Positions 10,154 through 20,690 are shown, numbered from the stretch's first letter. The stretch is DNA of 64,000 nt from a virus (IMGVR_UViG_3300004369_000010:8256-72255); one strand, 5' to 3'. Notes: generated by a model not told the origin, from the sequence alone. Numbers and translations: made by a program.

Positions 10154-10873
10154 TCAGATGCGTGGCTTTCCGAAGGTTTCCCACGTTTCGGTGTACTCCA
10201 TGAAATCCTGTTCCTTGGATTTGCTACTCCCGCTTGACGGATTCTGCTCCTTAACATCTTCGCTGTAAGTAATAGTCGGCAGATCCGCAACGACAATACT
10301 TGGATTGTTATTTTCAATGATCGTCATTGTCATATCCGCCTGAACAATTCGTTGAGCGCTATTACGCCTCAACGAGTCGAAGTTAAGATCTGAAATAGTC
10401 CAAAAGAATGTGGTCGCATCTGTTGTAGTGCGACCTATCGGGTTACCCAAAAACCGGTCAAAATTATAAAACCAGACAGGACGTCCAGACGACGCAATAA
10501 TCTGAAGTGTTGCGATATCGTTTTCAATATCCAATTGAAGACCATCAAAAGGCACAGCCAACAAGAACTGCAATGTTACCTGTCGGGCTTTATACCGAGT
10601 GAAGGCGACAATAGGTGTTTTTCCAGCGCGCTCAATCTGAGCAATTTCCGGTGCTAAATCTGAGTATGAAACTTGCTGAGGTGGGAACGGAAACTCAAAT
10701 TCCAGGTTGTCCTGTTCCGTTTTATTTTTAGCAGCAATCATCGCAGGATAACGAACTGCCGACTGTTGAGTTGCGATTGTTCCTGCCGCAACATTTTGAG
10801 GAATCGCATTACTGAGTCGAGCGTTAGAAGGCGTAACCCGAATACTTCTAATTCGTGAAATCTGGTCAGCCAT
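10154..10873 (-). CDS. tail tube initiator (gpU-like)
   Basis: FPFPPQQVSY...IERAGKTPIV...WTISDL...QADMTMTIIE; directly after tape measure. Confidence 0.65.
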   Translation of the reverse strand: MADQISRIRSIRVTPSNARLSNAIPQNVAAGTIATQQSAVRYPAMIAAKNKTEQDNLEFEFPFPPQQVSYSDLAPEIAQIERAGKTPIVAFTRYKARQVTLQFLLAVPFDGLQLDIENDIATLQIIASSGRPVWFYNFDRFLGNPIGRTTTDATTFFWTISDLNFDSLRRNSAQRIVQADMTMTIIENNNPSIVVADLPTITYSEDVKEQNPSSGSSKSKEQDFMEYTETWETFGKPRI

Positions 10874-10875
10874 AA

Positions 10876-13800
10876 TTAGTACCTTTCACGAGCATTTCGT
10901 TGCGCGCGCTGAATGCGGCTCATTACCTCATCCGCTATCTGCGCAGCATCTTGTCCTGGAGCAGCGTTTACCACGATGCTGTAGGAGTCGTTAGTGGTCA
11001 CCATTGAACTCGTACCACCAGATCCGCCCATATACGGAACTGCTGTATCTCCAATAGCATTTGTGTTAGGTACCACGTGCAAGTGTCGTGACCCGCCAGC
11101 ACCGTGGAAGTCGGCAAAACCGCCAGCAGCCTCAACAGCCGACTTATACATGCCAAGATTTTGCCCAACGATATCCAGAGCACGACCAGTTGTGTGATCC
11201 GACGACATTGAACCCAAACCATAATTACGCAAACCAGAGGACACAGTGCGCTTGCCCGAAATGCCTCCCGAGATTGAAGCGTGCGCATTCATGGAATCCA
11301 GAAGGCGGCTTCGCGGAGATGCAGAGTCCCCAAAAAAGATATCACCAACAAAATTCTTTGCTGCGTTCCATCCACCTTCTAAAAACTTGCCACCCTCTTG
11401 ACCAAAGTTCCATATACCACCCAGTGCGCCCTTGAACCAACTTTCGTCTTTACCAAGAGCCGAGACAAGTTCGCTTTTCATGTTATTGATGGCGGTTCTT
11501 ACCTCTTCAAGTTTTGTCAATTGATCCTTCGTTGAGGTATCAATTGACATCAGATAGTCGATCTGCTCTGGCGCAGTCTCCAAAATCGATGCGACAATAT
11601 TAGTCAGGCCAATACTTTCAAACGCCCCAGTAGTCAGACCTACCGCGTCCACCCTCCCACGCCGCGTCCTACTTTGCGCATCAGAGACAATATCGGAAAG
11701 GAACGTACCACTCCTCAATGTGTCAATGATTGACAAGAACCTTTCCTGATCCGTGGCCGAGGTAGAAGTACGCAGAGACTCAAGGGCGGAAGTGAGTTGC
11801 GCTGAATCCAAACCAACGCCAACACCGGCTGCTTGTGCCACAGCATTAGCTACAGTCTGATCAATCAGCGCCCCACCCTGTTGCGCCAATACTTGATTAA
11901 TCAATTCTTGACCACCGGCCATGGCGAATGCTTCACCGTAACCGTATCCGCGAGTTCCGGGTTCAGAAAACGCTAATCCCTCACCAAGCATCTGCTTCAG
12001 TTGGTCATAATTCTTGAGCGGGTCACCCTCCGAATACGCGGCGGAAGCAAACATCGCAGACTCAATAAAGTCAAGCATCGTACCGCGCTCAAAACCGCTA
12101 TCAATCATGGCTCTCAATGCTTCATCAACCGCGGCGCTAGTATTAAGTTTATCTTGTTCGGTTTGAATGATGCCCAACGAGTCAGCAAACGCTTGGTTCA
12201 TCGCCGCATTAAAGTCGTCACCAAAGCGACCCACAGCAATACCCATATCTGCAAGAATGTCCTGCAGACTTCTCAACGGATTACCTAAATCAATTTCCAA
12301 GGACTGCGCAAGTTTTTCAATTTCAGTCGTACTCATACCACTGATCTTGGCCAAATCCCTTGTTCTGCGCTGAGCAAGATCTAAGCGCTTGCCCATTTCC
12401 TGCATATTTTTAGCCATTTTCTCAAAGGCACCACTGCGAAACTTTCCATCATTAGCGAACTCGCCAGAAAGTTCCTGCACCTCAGCGTTGAAACCGTCTA
12501 AAAGTTCCTGTGCTTCAGTGATGTATCCAGAAGAAACAAGATCGTCAACGCCAGCACTAAAACCATCCGCAAAAGCGCGTCCTGCTTCTTTGGTTTTTTC
12601 CTCCATCTCCTTGCCCTTGAGGAAACCAGTAATTCCACCAATAATGCCACCGATTACTGCACCTGCCACCGTACCAATACCCGGAATTATTGAGCCGACG
12701 GCCGCTCCAGTTGCAGCTCCACCAGCCACTCCGACAAGCGTTGAAGCCGCAGTACCGCCATAGCCTTGTGCTGCACTGCCAGCAGCAGAGCTAGTTGCAG
12801 AAAAACCTAAAAGACCAAGTCCGACTGCGGGTATCAACTTGCCACCCGCCGCAGCGTTAGCTGCCGCTCCACCTTTGCGAAGACCCTTGCGACCTGTCTT
12901 TGAACTCAAAGCCAAAAGGCCCGCCATGGTAGCGGCACTCCCAACGGAGCCGCCAAAACCAGGAATTGCGCGAATAAGTGCTAGAAGACTGGTGAAACCT
13001 TCAATCAATAGACCAATCGCATCCAAGAAACCACTAATTGCTGGCATCGCATCAAAAAACACTCGTCGAATCTCACCAAAGAGATTAAAGATGTCACGAA
13101 TCAGATCACCCAATGCCTCACCAAAACGCATTAAGTCGTCTTCACGGTCAACCACCATCTTGGCAAAAGAGTTAAAGTTGTCGGCAATACCCCCGCCAAT
13201 GGCCCGAAAGACGGTGCCAAAGAACTTATTGATAACCGTTGAAGCGTCCTTGAACTTGTTTAGGAACTTATTAAACTTCTCAAAACCGCCACTAACAGCA
13301 GACGAAAAACGCTTCCAGCCATTAATAAAGTTATTCAATACCTCTTCCGTCTTCGGAAGGTACTCATTAAACAACTTCGCTAGAAAACCAGCAATCTTTT
13401 CAGTTGCGCCAACAGTGGCATCAATAAACGGACCCTTAGCAAAACCAACTAGCTGGCCCGTAATCGCCATCATTGTTCGCTTGAAAATAAACGTTATTTG
13501 TTCAAATGCTTCCTGGAGTGGCCCCAACATGTAGCCACCAATATCGCCGAATAGAACCTGAGCCTCTGTAGCAAAACTCTTCAACTGGCCCATCAGGCTT
13601 CCACGAACAGCAGACGCTGCTCCACTCACTCCTGCGGCTTCAGCCAACTCACCTGAGGAAATAATCTTGATTAGTTCCTCGTTAGTTTTCTTTCCGCCCT
13701 TAGTAATTTCCTTGAACGCTTTCTCAAACTCTGGGCCAAGTTCACCAGCGGCTTTAAGAACCGAATCACTTCCAGCACCCTTACCTGACTGCAACAAAGA

Positions 13801-14508
13801 AACTAAATTGGCTGCCGCTAAAAGACCCTTTTCCATGTCGCCAGAGGTAACAGCAAAATCGGCCAGTCCACGAAGGCCAGCAACTGTTTTTCCGGTTACT
13901 TGAGCATTCTTGGAGGCGGCGGCGAAGGCTCCCGTGAGGGCTTCCAACCCAAAGACCGCCAACTGTGAATCTGCCTGCATGGCCCTTAGGCCATTGCTAG
14001 CACTTTTGAAACTTCCGCCGTATCGACCAACCTGCTGAGCGGCCGCAAATTGACGCTGAGCAGCCATAAAGGCTGATACCAAAGTCAGAACGCCAGCTGC
14101 CGCGTTAGCAGATGCAACACCAATACCCCTGACAGACGCATTCCAAGCACGGGCCAGAAGTTGACCAGTCTTCAACAGAAGGTTGACAGAAGAGAGCGCA
14201 ACAGCGAAAGCGGCGGTTTCAATAGCCGAACCAATCATCGCCAACTTGAATGTCTTCCCAAAGACTTTGGCGGCTGTGTTGCCAACCTTCTGTAGGCCGT
14301 TCAGTTTATTTCTGGTCTTGTCATACGACTTTCCAGCACGACGGGTACTCTTGTCGTTATCATCAAAACGCCTTCCTAGATTCTGGAAAGTGTCATGACA
14401 ATCATCTGCCTGCTTGCAGAGTGCCGCCAACTGGGCCTGAACCCTGGCCAGTTCTTTGGTATCCGCCCTAACCCGGATCCGAATAGTGACATTCTCGTTG
14501 TCTGCCAT
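10876..14508 (-). CDS. tape measure protein with C-terminal M15-like peptidase motif
   Basis: 1210 aa, Ala/Gly-rich helical sequence with hydrophobic glycine stretch; SDHTTGRALD...HLHV near C-terminus; follows chaperone. Confidence 0.9.
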   Translation of the reverse strand: MADNENVTIRIRVRADTKELARVQAQLAALCKQADDCHDTFQNLGRRFDDNDKSTRRAGKSYDKTRNKLNGLQKVGNTAAKVFGKTFKLAMIGSAIETAAFAVALSSVNLLLKTGQLLARAWNASVRGIGVASANAAAGVLTLVSAFMAAQRQFAAAQQVGRYGGSFKSASNGLRAMQADSQLAVFGLEALTGAFAAASKNAQVTGKTVAGLRGLADFAVTSGDMEKGLLAAANLVSLLQSGKGAGSDSVLKAAGELGPEFEKAFKEITKGGKKTNEELIKIISSGELAEAAGVSGAASAVRGSLMGQLKSFATEAQVLFGDIGGYMLGPLQEAFEQITFIFKRTMMAITGQLVGFAKGPFIDATVGATEKIAGFLAKLFNEYLPKTEEVLNNFINGWKRFSSAVSGGFEKFNKFLNKFKDASTVINKFFGTVFRAIGGGIADNFNSFAKMVVDREDDLMRFGEALGDLIRDIFNLFGEIRRVFFDAMPAISGFLDAIGLLIEGFTSLLALIRAIPGFGGSVGSAATMAGLLALSSKTGRKGLRKGGAAANAAAGGKLIPAVGLGLLGFSATSSAAGSAAQGYGGTAASTLVGVAGGAATGAAVGSIIPGIGTVAGAVIGGIIGGITGFLKGKEMEEKTKEAGRAFADGFSAGVDDLVSSGYITEAQELLDGFNAEVQELSGEFANDGKFRSGAFEKMAKNMQEMGKRLDLAQRRTRDLAKISGMSTTEIEKLAQSLEIDLGNPLRSLQDILADMGIAVGRFGDDFNAAMNQAFADSLGIIQTEQDKLNTSAAVDEALRAMIDSGFERGTMLDFIESAMFASAAYSEGDPLKNYDQLKQMLGEGLAFSEPGTRGYGYGEAFAMAGGQELINQVLAQQGGALIDQTVANAVAQAAGVGVGLDSAQLTSALESLRTSTSATDQERFLSIIDTLRSGTFLSDIVSDAQSRTRRGRVDAVGLTTGAFESIGLTNIVASILETAPEQIDYLMSIDTSTKDQLTKLEEVRTAINNMKSELVSALGKDESWFKGALGGIWNFGQEGGKFLEGGWNAAKNFVGDIFFGDSASPRSRLLDSMNAHASISGGISGKRTVSSGLRNYGLGSMSSDHTTGRALDIVGQNLGMYKSAVEAAGGFADFHGAGGSRHLHVVPNTNAIGDTAVPYMGGSGGTSSMVTTNDSYSIVVNAAPGQDAAQIADEVMSRIQRAQRNARERY

Positions 14509-14543
14509 TCAAGGACTCCAGGGCGATGATCAAAAAGGACTAC

Positions 14544-14747
14544 CTATTTCTGAGCGGATTTCTTCTCCCGCTCAGCGTTATCCCTCTCAATAACTTTAGC
14601 ACAGGCATACCTGATCAGCCATTCTTCATCACTGCATTCAAGTAACCTAATGGGGTCAGTACCCCATAATTCGCCTAGCCTTGCGGCCGTCTGAATTCTT
14701 GAGTCCTCAACGAGTTCGTCTAGGACCTCTTGGTAGGGTCCACGGTT
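14544..14747 (-). CDS. -1 frameshift extension of tail assembly chaperone (gpGT-like)
   Basis: 67-codon open frame with no ATG/GTG/TTG, overlapping the chaperone 3' end; reads ...PYQEVLDELVEDSRIQTAARLGELWGTDPIRLLECSDEEWLIRYACAKVIERDNAEREKKSAQK. Confidence 0.7.
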   Translation of the reverse strand, partial: NRGPYQEVLDELVEDSRIQTAARLGELWGTDPIRLLECSDEEWLIRYACAKVIERDNAEREKKSAQK

Positions 14748-15241
14748 TCAACGGTGTCGGAATACCCCGCAGCCTCCAAGATCGCCAGAGCGGCGGCCTC
14801 AATATGTGGATCAATACCAAAGAAAGCCCGAACACAATCCGGAGTAGGACGAGTGGTGCCAGTCATCTCCAGGATCGCATCCGAACCAAATGTCAACGGA
14901 ATCCCATCCTCATTGAATGCCTGTTCCTCTTCAACAAAGATCCCGACTGTCGTGTGAGCCACGACAGCGCAAGCAAACTTTGTTGCATCCATACCATTTT
15001 TAGTGTCCTCACCAGCGTTTTTACGCCAGGAACGGATCTGGTGCTGAGTGATATTCGGTGAAACTTCAATTGTGATACCAGGACGTTCCGGTACCTCAAC
15101 AAAAACTCTGGGTCGCTCAACCTTCTTGCTCAAAGAAGTCTTCAACTGATCCAAAACTGACGGCGCAGGATCGGTGGCCTTGGCTGAGGACGACTTTTTA
15201 GGGGTTGACTCGTCGGTCATTTCATAGAGGTTTTCTGCCAT
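14720..15241 (-). CDS. tail assembly chaperone (gpG-like)
   Basis: position between tube and tape measure; ends ...VDPTKRS. Confidence 0.75.
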   Translation of the reverse strand: MAENLYEMTDESTPKKSSSAKATDPAPSVLDQLKTSLSKKVERPRVFVEVPERPGITIEVSPNITQHQIRSWRKNAGEDTKNGMDATKFACAVVAHTTVGIFVEEEQAFNEDGIPLTFGSDAILEMTGTTRPTPDCVRAFFGIDPHIEAAALAILEAAGYSDTVETVDPTKRS

Positions 15242-15261
15242 GGCGAGAACCATAGCATGAC

Positions 15262-15288
15262 AGAGGGGGTGCCAGTGGCACCCCCTCT
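15262..15288. terminator. GC-rich inverted repeat after tail tube gene (terminator/attenuator or RNA stabiliser)
   Basis: AGAGGGGGTGCCA-G-TGGCACCCCCTCT. Confidence 0.5.
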
Positions 15289-15311
15289 CATAACCGGGTT
15301 ATTGCTTTTAA

Positions 15312-15767
15312 TCAGGGAGCGATTGTTGACACGCTGAATGTCAGGGAGTAGGTTGCTGGCGCTCCAGAAGCCGCGTCACCCTCCGGTTCCGTCAAGCCAA
15401 CCAGCAGACACATTGGATAGTTACGAGTCGCTTCTGGAACTTTAATATCGCAGTTGAACTCGTTAATCTCCACGTCGTAGTAGGCGCGGCCCACCATCTG
15501 ACGCAACTGTCGAAGGAATGATGAGTCAACATCCCGGTCGTAGTGGCGTGTAATGGTGATATCGCCAATTTCCGAAGGAGCGCAAAGAACCTCAGGGAAC
15601 AACTTGCCACCCACGTAAATCTTTTCAACAGAAGCAGTGATTTCGCCTCCGCTTACCTGAGCGAAATACAGATTGCCGTTGTCCGAACCTGGGTCGGGAG
15701 GAGTCTCTGTATTTCCTGAAGGTGAAGGATTGATTGAAGCGACAATTTGGCGCTGTGCTAGTTTCAT
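15312..15767 (-). CDS. tail tube protein
   Basis: FAQVSGGEITASVEKIYVGG...GDITITRHYD...PEGDAASG...YSLTF; follows sheath. Confidence 0.85.
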   Translation of the reverse strand: MKLAQRQIVASINPSPSGNTETPPDPGSDNGNLYFAQVSGGEITASVEKIYVGGKLFPEVLCAPSEIGDITITRHYDRDVDSSFLRQLRQMVGRAYYDVEINEFNCDIKVPEATRNYPMCLLVGLTEPEGDAASGAPATYSLTFSVSTIAP

Positions 15768-15780
15768 ATCTGGCTCCTAA

Positions 15781-17229
15781 TCAGACGACTGATGCCGTAA
15801 GGTTGGACTTTGTCACGTCGACCTGAATCTGGTCACCAATGCTGGAAACCCGGATTCCGACCTTCGCACGGACGAGACCGCCAGCCAACTGAGTCAGCGG
15901 GTTAATTGTCTCGTTCACCTGGACTGAATATCCATAGTCAATTCGCTTCCCAGTTGCGTCAAACGCCTCGTAGAGGCCGCCCGCGATGCGAACCGGCTCC
16001 AACATGGCCGTGAGCCGTGCCTCAACCTTGGAGAAAAGCGATGAGCGACCATCAATTGGCGAGAACACCAGATCTTCCAGCACGACCTTTGAGCGATCAA
16101 CAACATAGTTGAGCATTTCCCGTGCAGTAAGGAAGCGATAGTTGTCCTCGTCGCTGGACAGCGATCGAGCACCATAAACTCGGATCTTGCCACTAAACAG
16201 ACGCAGAGCGTTAACTCGCGCCTCATCCAGAAGATCGCCGTTCAATCGGCTGATGGGTGTAACCAAACCGGTAATGAACTTGGATTCGCTCACCTTGCCA
16301 GCGTAAGCAGTCCAAGGGCCAACCTCGTTATGTGCTACCGACCGCTTGGCTGCAACATAACCCTCTGGAGAAATGTTGATGGTTGTTCCAGCATCATTCA
16401 CCATCTTCACCCACGGGTAGAACATTCCGCCATATTCAGTGTTGGAGGAAGAAGCAAGTCCCTGACCATCACCAATCGCAGTTGTAACATCCGCATTCTC
16501 TGCCGATGCGAGCAATGCCATGCGGTTGTTCTCAGCGGCATGGTTAAGCAAAGAGTTCCAAATGGTGGATCCGCTCAAGCCTGGGATAGCAACTGCCCCC
16601 GCACCAAGTTCTTCGCCAAATGCTGAAAGAGCGTTAATGTAACTCGCATCGGTGATGCTGGCTCGATCGTCGTCGCCTGCGCTGAACGCTGTTGCGGTAA
16701 CCACTGCTGGACGAAGGTTCTCTTCATCAACTGCAGTCGCGTACTTTGTGGCTACAGCCGATGCATTGATGACCGCTACCGCTGCTGCCGCTGTCTGACG
16801 CTCACCAGTGTTGTATACCAGATCACCGTTCAAGTAGAACTTGATTTGGAATCCAGTACCGGCGTCCTCAACTGCGACCTCAAGATTCTCTGACCAATCT
16901 CCTGCGCCAACGGCAGTTAAGGTGATGGAAGGATCTGTGTTTGAGTCTACGAGTTCAAGCGTGCCAGCGGTTGCGCTTGCACCAACTGTGCGAGACACAT
17001 AGACCTGCGCTCCACCCTCCTCAAAGAATGTCTGAACCTGCTGGTGAGTGTGTCCATAACTCACATAATCGCCGAAGATGCTTTCATAGTCAGCGATGCT
17101 GGTGACAAGTTTGGCGGTTGATGCTGGACCACGCTCAGTTTGGCCAACGACGAAAAATGTCGCCGTGGGAGCCTGATTAGCTGATGTGGGTCCGGTACGA
17201 ACCGAAGTATTTACGACAATGCCCGGCAT
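15781..17229 (-). CDS. tail sheath protein
   Basis: MPGIVV, FVVGQTERGP, FFEEGG..YVSR, YPWVK, RVYGARSL motifs. Confidence 0.95.
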   Translation of the reverse strand: MPGIVVNTSVRTGPTSANQAPTATFFVVGQTERGPASTAKLVTSIADYESIFGDYVSYGHTHQQVQTFFEEGGAQVYVSRTVGASATAGTLELVDSNTDPSITLTAVGAGDWSENLEVAVEDAGTGFQIKFYLNGDLVYNTGERQTAAAAVAVINASAVATKYATAVDEENLRPAVVTATAFSAGDDDRASITDASYINALSAFGEELGAGAVAIPGLSGSTIWNSLLNHAAENNRMALLASAENADVTTAIGDGQGLASSSNTEYGGMFYPWVKMVNDAGTTINISPEGYVAAKRSVAHNEVGPWTAYAGKVSESKFITGLVTPISRLNGDLLDEARVNALRLFSGKIRVYGARSLSSDEDNYRFLTAREMLNYVVDRSKVVLEDLVFSPIDGRSSLFSKVEARLTAMLEPVRIAGGLYEAFDATGKRIDYGYSVQVNETINPLTQLAGGLVRAKVGIRVSSIGDQIQVDVTKSNLTASVV

Positions 17230-17364
17230 GTGGATTCCTCCGCTCCCAAGAGTTGGTTATCCTGAGACTTCTTAGATTGTACTCAATTACTGTGTAGTTC
17301 TTTTGGAACTAAGCAGTGTCTTGTTGATATTTTCCCTTATTTCATGGCTCCGTAGTGGAACTAC

Positions 17365-17961
17365 CTATTGCAGATCCCTCAACAGGGGTAGAAGTGGATT
17401 AATTTCCGTATCAATCTGCGAAACAGTACCAATTGTGTCAACACGAACAACCTCATTAATTCGTAGGTTGTACGACAAATATGAACCAGCCATCACTCTT
17501 TCACCCTTGAGAAGAGTCAATTCTGAATACTCTTCCCGAATTGATGTTTCATCTACCTGAACATCCAAATCGTCTGCCGCTCCGCAAAGACTTAGGCTTG
17601 GCGAGTCCAGTATTGAGGCGCGAACAACTGTTGTTAGTCGATCCCGCTTGGCTGTACATTGCTCTGAATCATCGTCTTTCACCCACACATAAGTACGCAT
17701 TGAGTAATTGACGAAATACATGGGATCCAATAATCCCGTGTAGTCGTCTCGCTCCAATCCAGTCATGGAGATGGCCACAGTGATGATCGTCGGCCAATGG
17801 TCAATCGCGATTGGCTCATATACCAGGTACTTCAGTGGATCTGGAAGATTCTCGTCATCCAAATTCCATGAATTTCTGTATTTGATTAACCTGCCTGGTA
17901 AATCACTTTGGAGATAGTTATTTACGAAGTTTTTTGCCTTATAGGCCCCTTGCATTGTCAT
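17365..17961 (-). CDS. tail terminator/completion protein
   Basis: position upstream of sheath; WPTIITV motif. Confidence 0.55.
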   Translation of the reverse strand: MTMQGAYKAKNFVNNYLQSDLPGRLIKYRNSWNLDDENLPDPLKYLVYEPIAIDHWPTIITVAISMTGLERDDYTGLLDPMYFVNYSMRTYVWVKDDDSEQCTAKRDRLTTVVRASILDSPSLSLCGAADDLDVQVDETSIREEYSELTLLKGERVMAGSYLSYNLRINEVVRVDTIGTVSQIDTEINPLLPLLRDLQ

Positions 17962-18395
17962 GTCATTCTCCCCCTAACCACATATTTAGCGGCCTTCTCG
18001 GAGATTTCACGCGAAAAGCCTGGAGGATCAAAAACGATCTTTCTTGCTGGCATTTTGGTGGTTCCGTACTGATGAAACTTTGCGTACTCAACATTTGTAC
18101 CGAACTGAGCCCACGAAGGGGTGATCACATTTGGCGCACCCCGCAAAGATGCGAGGCTACTAAATAACTTACCTGTGCGTATCATGAGTGGCCACGCATA
18201 AAAATCACGTCGGGGTTTCCACCCGCCCACAGGAAGACCCCCAGTAGTAAAGTTTTCCGAATTAGCCCGTTCCAACATGCGGCGGGCCTCTGAAAATACA
18301 GGCATAAAATTCTTGGATCGATTCTGCATGGCCTCTAGCCGAGCCAAGGCTTTGCCTGCGTCACAATCAATCTCAACACGAACAGATTTAGCCAT
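17958..18395 (-). CDS. virion morphogenesis protein (Mu gpG/P2 gpS-like)
   Basis: LMIRTGKLFSSL and FGTNVEYAKFHQYGTTKMPARK motifs. Confidence 0.85.
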   Translation of the reverse strand: MAKSVRVEIDCDAGKALARLEAMQNRSKNFMPVFSEARRMLERANSENFTTGGLPVGGWKPRRDFYAWPLMIRTGKLFSSLASLRGAPNVITPSWAQFGTNVEYAKFHQYGTTKMPARKIVFDPPGFSREISEKAAKYVVRGRMT

Positions 18396-19024
18396 CAGGA
18401 AACTCTGACCCTCCTCCATCGGCGGAATGAGGCTATTTCTTCTGGCGTAAAGCCGGTTGTCAAAGGTGCAGTATTGCGTGTCTCCAGATCCCTGATACCC
18501 ACGACATCATCATGCATATTCTGCATTTCTCGTGCTGCTGCACGCAAAATTGCCAATCGCATCATCTTGATAGCAGATCCGTCCAATCCAGCCGAATATA
18601 CGATCTGAACCGTGTCGTTCGCAAAAGTACGATAAATGTCAACACCGTAACGACGAACGATAAAGTCAGTACCTTCAGTCAACGTCACGGGATCTCCGCC
18701 TGGAGTCGGGCCAGTAACAACAATTGAAGAGACGCTATGAACTGGAGAATTTCTCAAATACACCGTGTACGGAGGCTGAAGAAACGAAAGCACATTGCCA
18801 GTCGTATCCAAAGAGTAGTCATAGAAAAACGATGAGTTGGGAATGCCTACATTATTTGATTCAACTTTATAAGACTCGTTAAATGTTTCTATTTCAACAG
18901 GTCGGCGAAGGTAGGCTTCAAGTTCACTTTGCAAGCCCTCCAACACATACCCGGCTGCGTGACCTTGCCGATTGCTGAACTTGATGTCCATATACCGTTC
19001 AAGTTCTTGGCTTGTTACCAGCAT
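18395..19024 (-). CDS. head-tail adaptor
   Basis: LVTSQELERY...ELEAYLRR...PVHSVSSI...VQIVYSAG...FRRWRR pattern. Confidence 0.7.
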   Translation of the reverse strand: MLVTSQELERYMDIKFSNRQGHAAGYVLEGLQSELEAYLRRPVEIETFNESYKVESNNVGIPNSSFFYDYSLDTTGNVLSFLQPPYTVYLRNSPVHSVSSIVVTGPTPGGDPVTLTEGTDFIVRRYGVDIYRTFANDTVQIVYSAGLDGSAIKMMRLAILRAAAREMQNMHDDVVGIRDLETRNTAPLTTGFTPEEIASFRRWRRVRVS

Positions 19025-19097
19025 TTTTTCGTCCTCAGAAAGCAAGATAGGAAGGGCATTTTGCCCTCCCTATCTTACAACTTTGCTAAGTGCCTAA

Positions 19098-20651
19098 TCA
19101 GAAGGTGTTCAGAAAAGCCGTAAATTGCTCGTTACCTGCGGGATCATACAGGGGCCATTGCTCAGCAAGCCAACTATGCGCCTCCGCATGAGTCTTGCCA
19201 TAACGCTTCATATACCAGGCTTTCAGGATGAAGCCAGTTCGGCTACGGCCAGCATGGCAATGAACAAGAACATCACGACCCTCACTCAACCAAGCATCAA
19301 TAGTCTGAAGACAATCCCAAACAACCAGACCCAACTCGTGGTTGTCAACAGAGTTATCAATCAAGTAGATCTCTCGCCTAACAGGAACATGATCAATATG
19401 CCCGAATGTTCGGCACAATGACAAAACAGCCGTATCCGGGCTAACAGTTTTTGCTCCCCCCAAATTTGACGCGTAGACTCCAGTAGCGTCCACCTTGGCA
19501 GGTAGAGCAACAGGCTCTTCCAATGTCTGAGGAACAACGTTTAAGTTGATCAGGCTTCTAGCAATATCACTTAACTTGGCGTAATTATATGCAAGCCGCG
19601 AAGGACGCTTATCCCCCTTTTCATTGAATGGAGAATCAACATGACCATTCAGATATGTCGTGAAACGAGAAGGGATCGCTTGAATCCCGTACAGCGATCC
19701 AGCCAGCGCGCCAGCAACACACGCTACAGTATCGGTATCTCCGCCCAAGTTAATTGCTGACACGACTGCATTTTCAAATCTTTCACTGAGCGGTATACCA
19801 AATTCGGAATTTTTTACAGCCCAGTACGCTTGCGCAAGACAAACCCACGCTGAACCATTTGAACCTTCAAGCAAGGCTGAATTGGGTTCATCAGGTGAAT
19901 AATCTTCTAGGATTGAATACGCAAAGGTGATCGGATCACAATCAACCGATTCCTCAATGTAGTCGTATGTTTTAGATTGGGTCATTGCATCAATTGCGGC
20001 TTCCATCATTCCGTATGCTGAAACCGCATCTCCAACAATTGCTGATCGAATCATGGTCGCAGCAAGACCGGCACACAGCGCTCCGCGGACGTCATAATGA
20101 GTCAAGCGCGCTTGGCGAAACGCAACAGAAAATGTGTCTGCAGCGCTGTAACGGGAACCCCAAATTCCAATTGGGCTTACTCGCATCACCGATCCGTTGC
20201 CTCCACTTGCACCACGCTTTGCGTGACCTATGGCAGCAGCGTCTATATAGTTGTGTCCACTGTACAAAGCGCTGGCTGTAGTCGTTCCAACATCGCGCGC
20301 TGTTTTCGCCCAATGAACAAACCGGTTAAATATGTCATCAGGGCTGTAGGAAAGATTATTGGCAATCAATGATTCGGCAATACACAATGCCATCTGCGTA
20401 TCATCAGTGAACTCGGCGGGTTTCCAGCCGAAACCGCCACCGCCAACCATCTGCCCAATACCACCGTGTTTTCCTAATCCGGGGAATTTGTCATATTGGT
20501 TTGCTGGACCAAACTCAAACGGTGCGCCCAGAGCATCGCCAACAGCTTGACCCACTAAAGCGCCTATCGCAAAGGGCTTGTACTCATGTAGGTCATCATT
20601 AGTAATTCGTTTTGGGGATGGGGATTTAAATGTAGTTTCAAGTAATGTCAT
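19098..20651 (-). CDS. ADP-ribosylglycohydrolase (DraG/ARH family) fused to dual-specificity (CX5R) phosphatase
   Basis: GDALGAPFEF, TDDTQMA, GNGSVMR and GGDTDT motifs; C-terminal VHCHAGRSRTG. Confidence 0.9.
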   Translation of the reverse strand: MTLLETTFKSPSPKRITNDDLHEYKPFAIGALVGQAVGDALGAPFEFGPANQYDKFPGLGKHGGIGQMVGGGGFGWKPAEFTDDTQMALCIAESLIANNLSYSPDDIFNRFVHWAKTARDVGTTTASALYSGHNYIDAAAIGHAKRGASGGNGSVMRVSPIGIWGSRYSAADTFSVAFRQARLTHYDVRGALCAGLAATMIRSAIVGDAVSAYGMMEAAIDAMTQSKTYDYIEESVDCDPITFAYSILEDYSPDEPNSALLEGSNGSAWVCLAQAYWAVKNSEFGIPLSERFENAVVSAINLGGDTDTVACVAGALAGSLYGIQAIPSRFTTYLNGHVDSPFNEKGDKRPSRLAYNYAKLSDIARSLINLNVVPQTLEEPVALPAKVDATGVYASNLGGAKTVSPDTAVLSLCRTFGHIDHVPVRREIYLIDNSVDNHELGLVVWDCLQTIDAWLSEGRDVLVHCHAGRSRTGFILKAWYMKRYGKTHAEAHSWLAEQWPLYDPAGNEQFTAFLNTF

Positions 20652-20690
20652 GTCAACATGATAGTTGCGAGGACAGGCTTTGACAACTTT

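Noticed and set aside
12389-13903. Long plus-strand ORFs antisense to tape measure (and similar shadows over sheath, DUF932 and helicase)
   Set aside because: Typical antisense shadows of real genes, with no motifs
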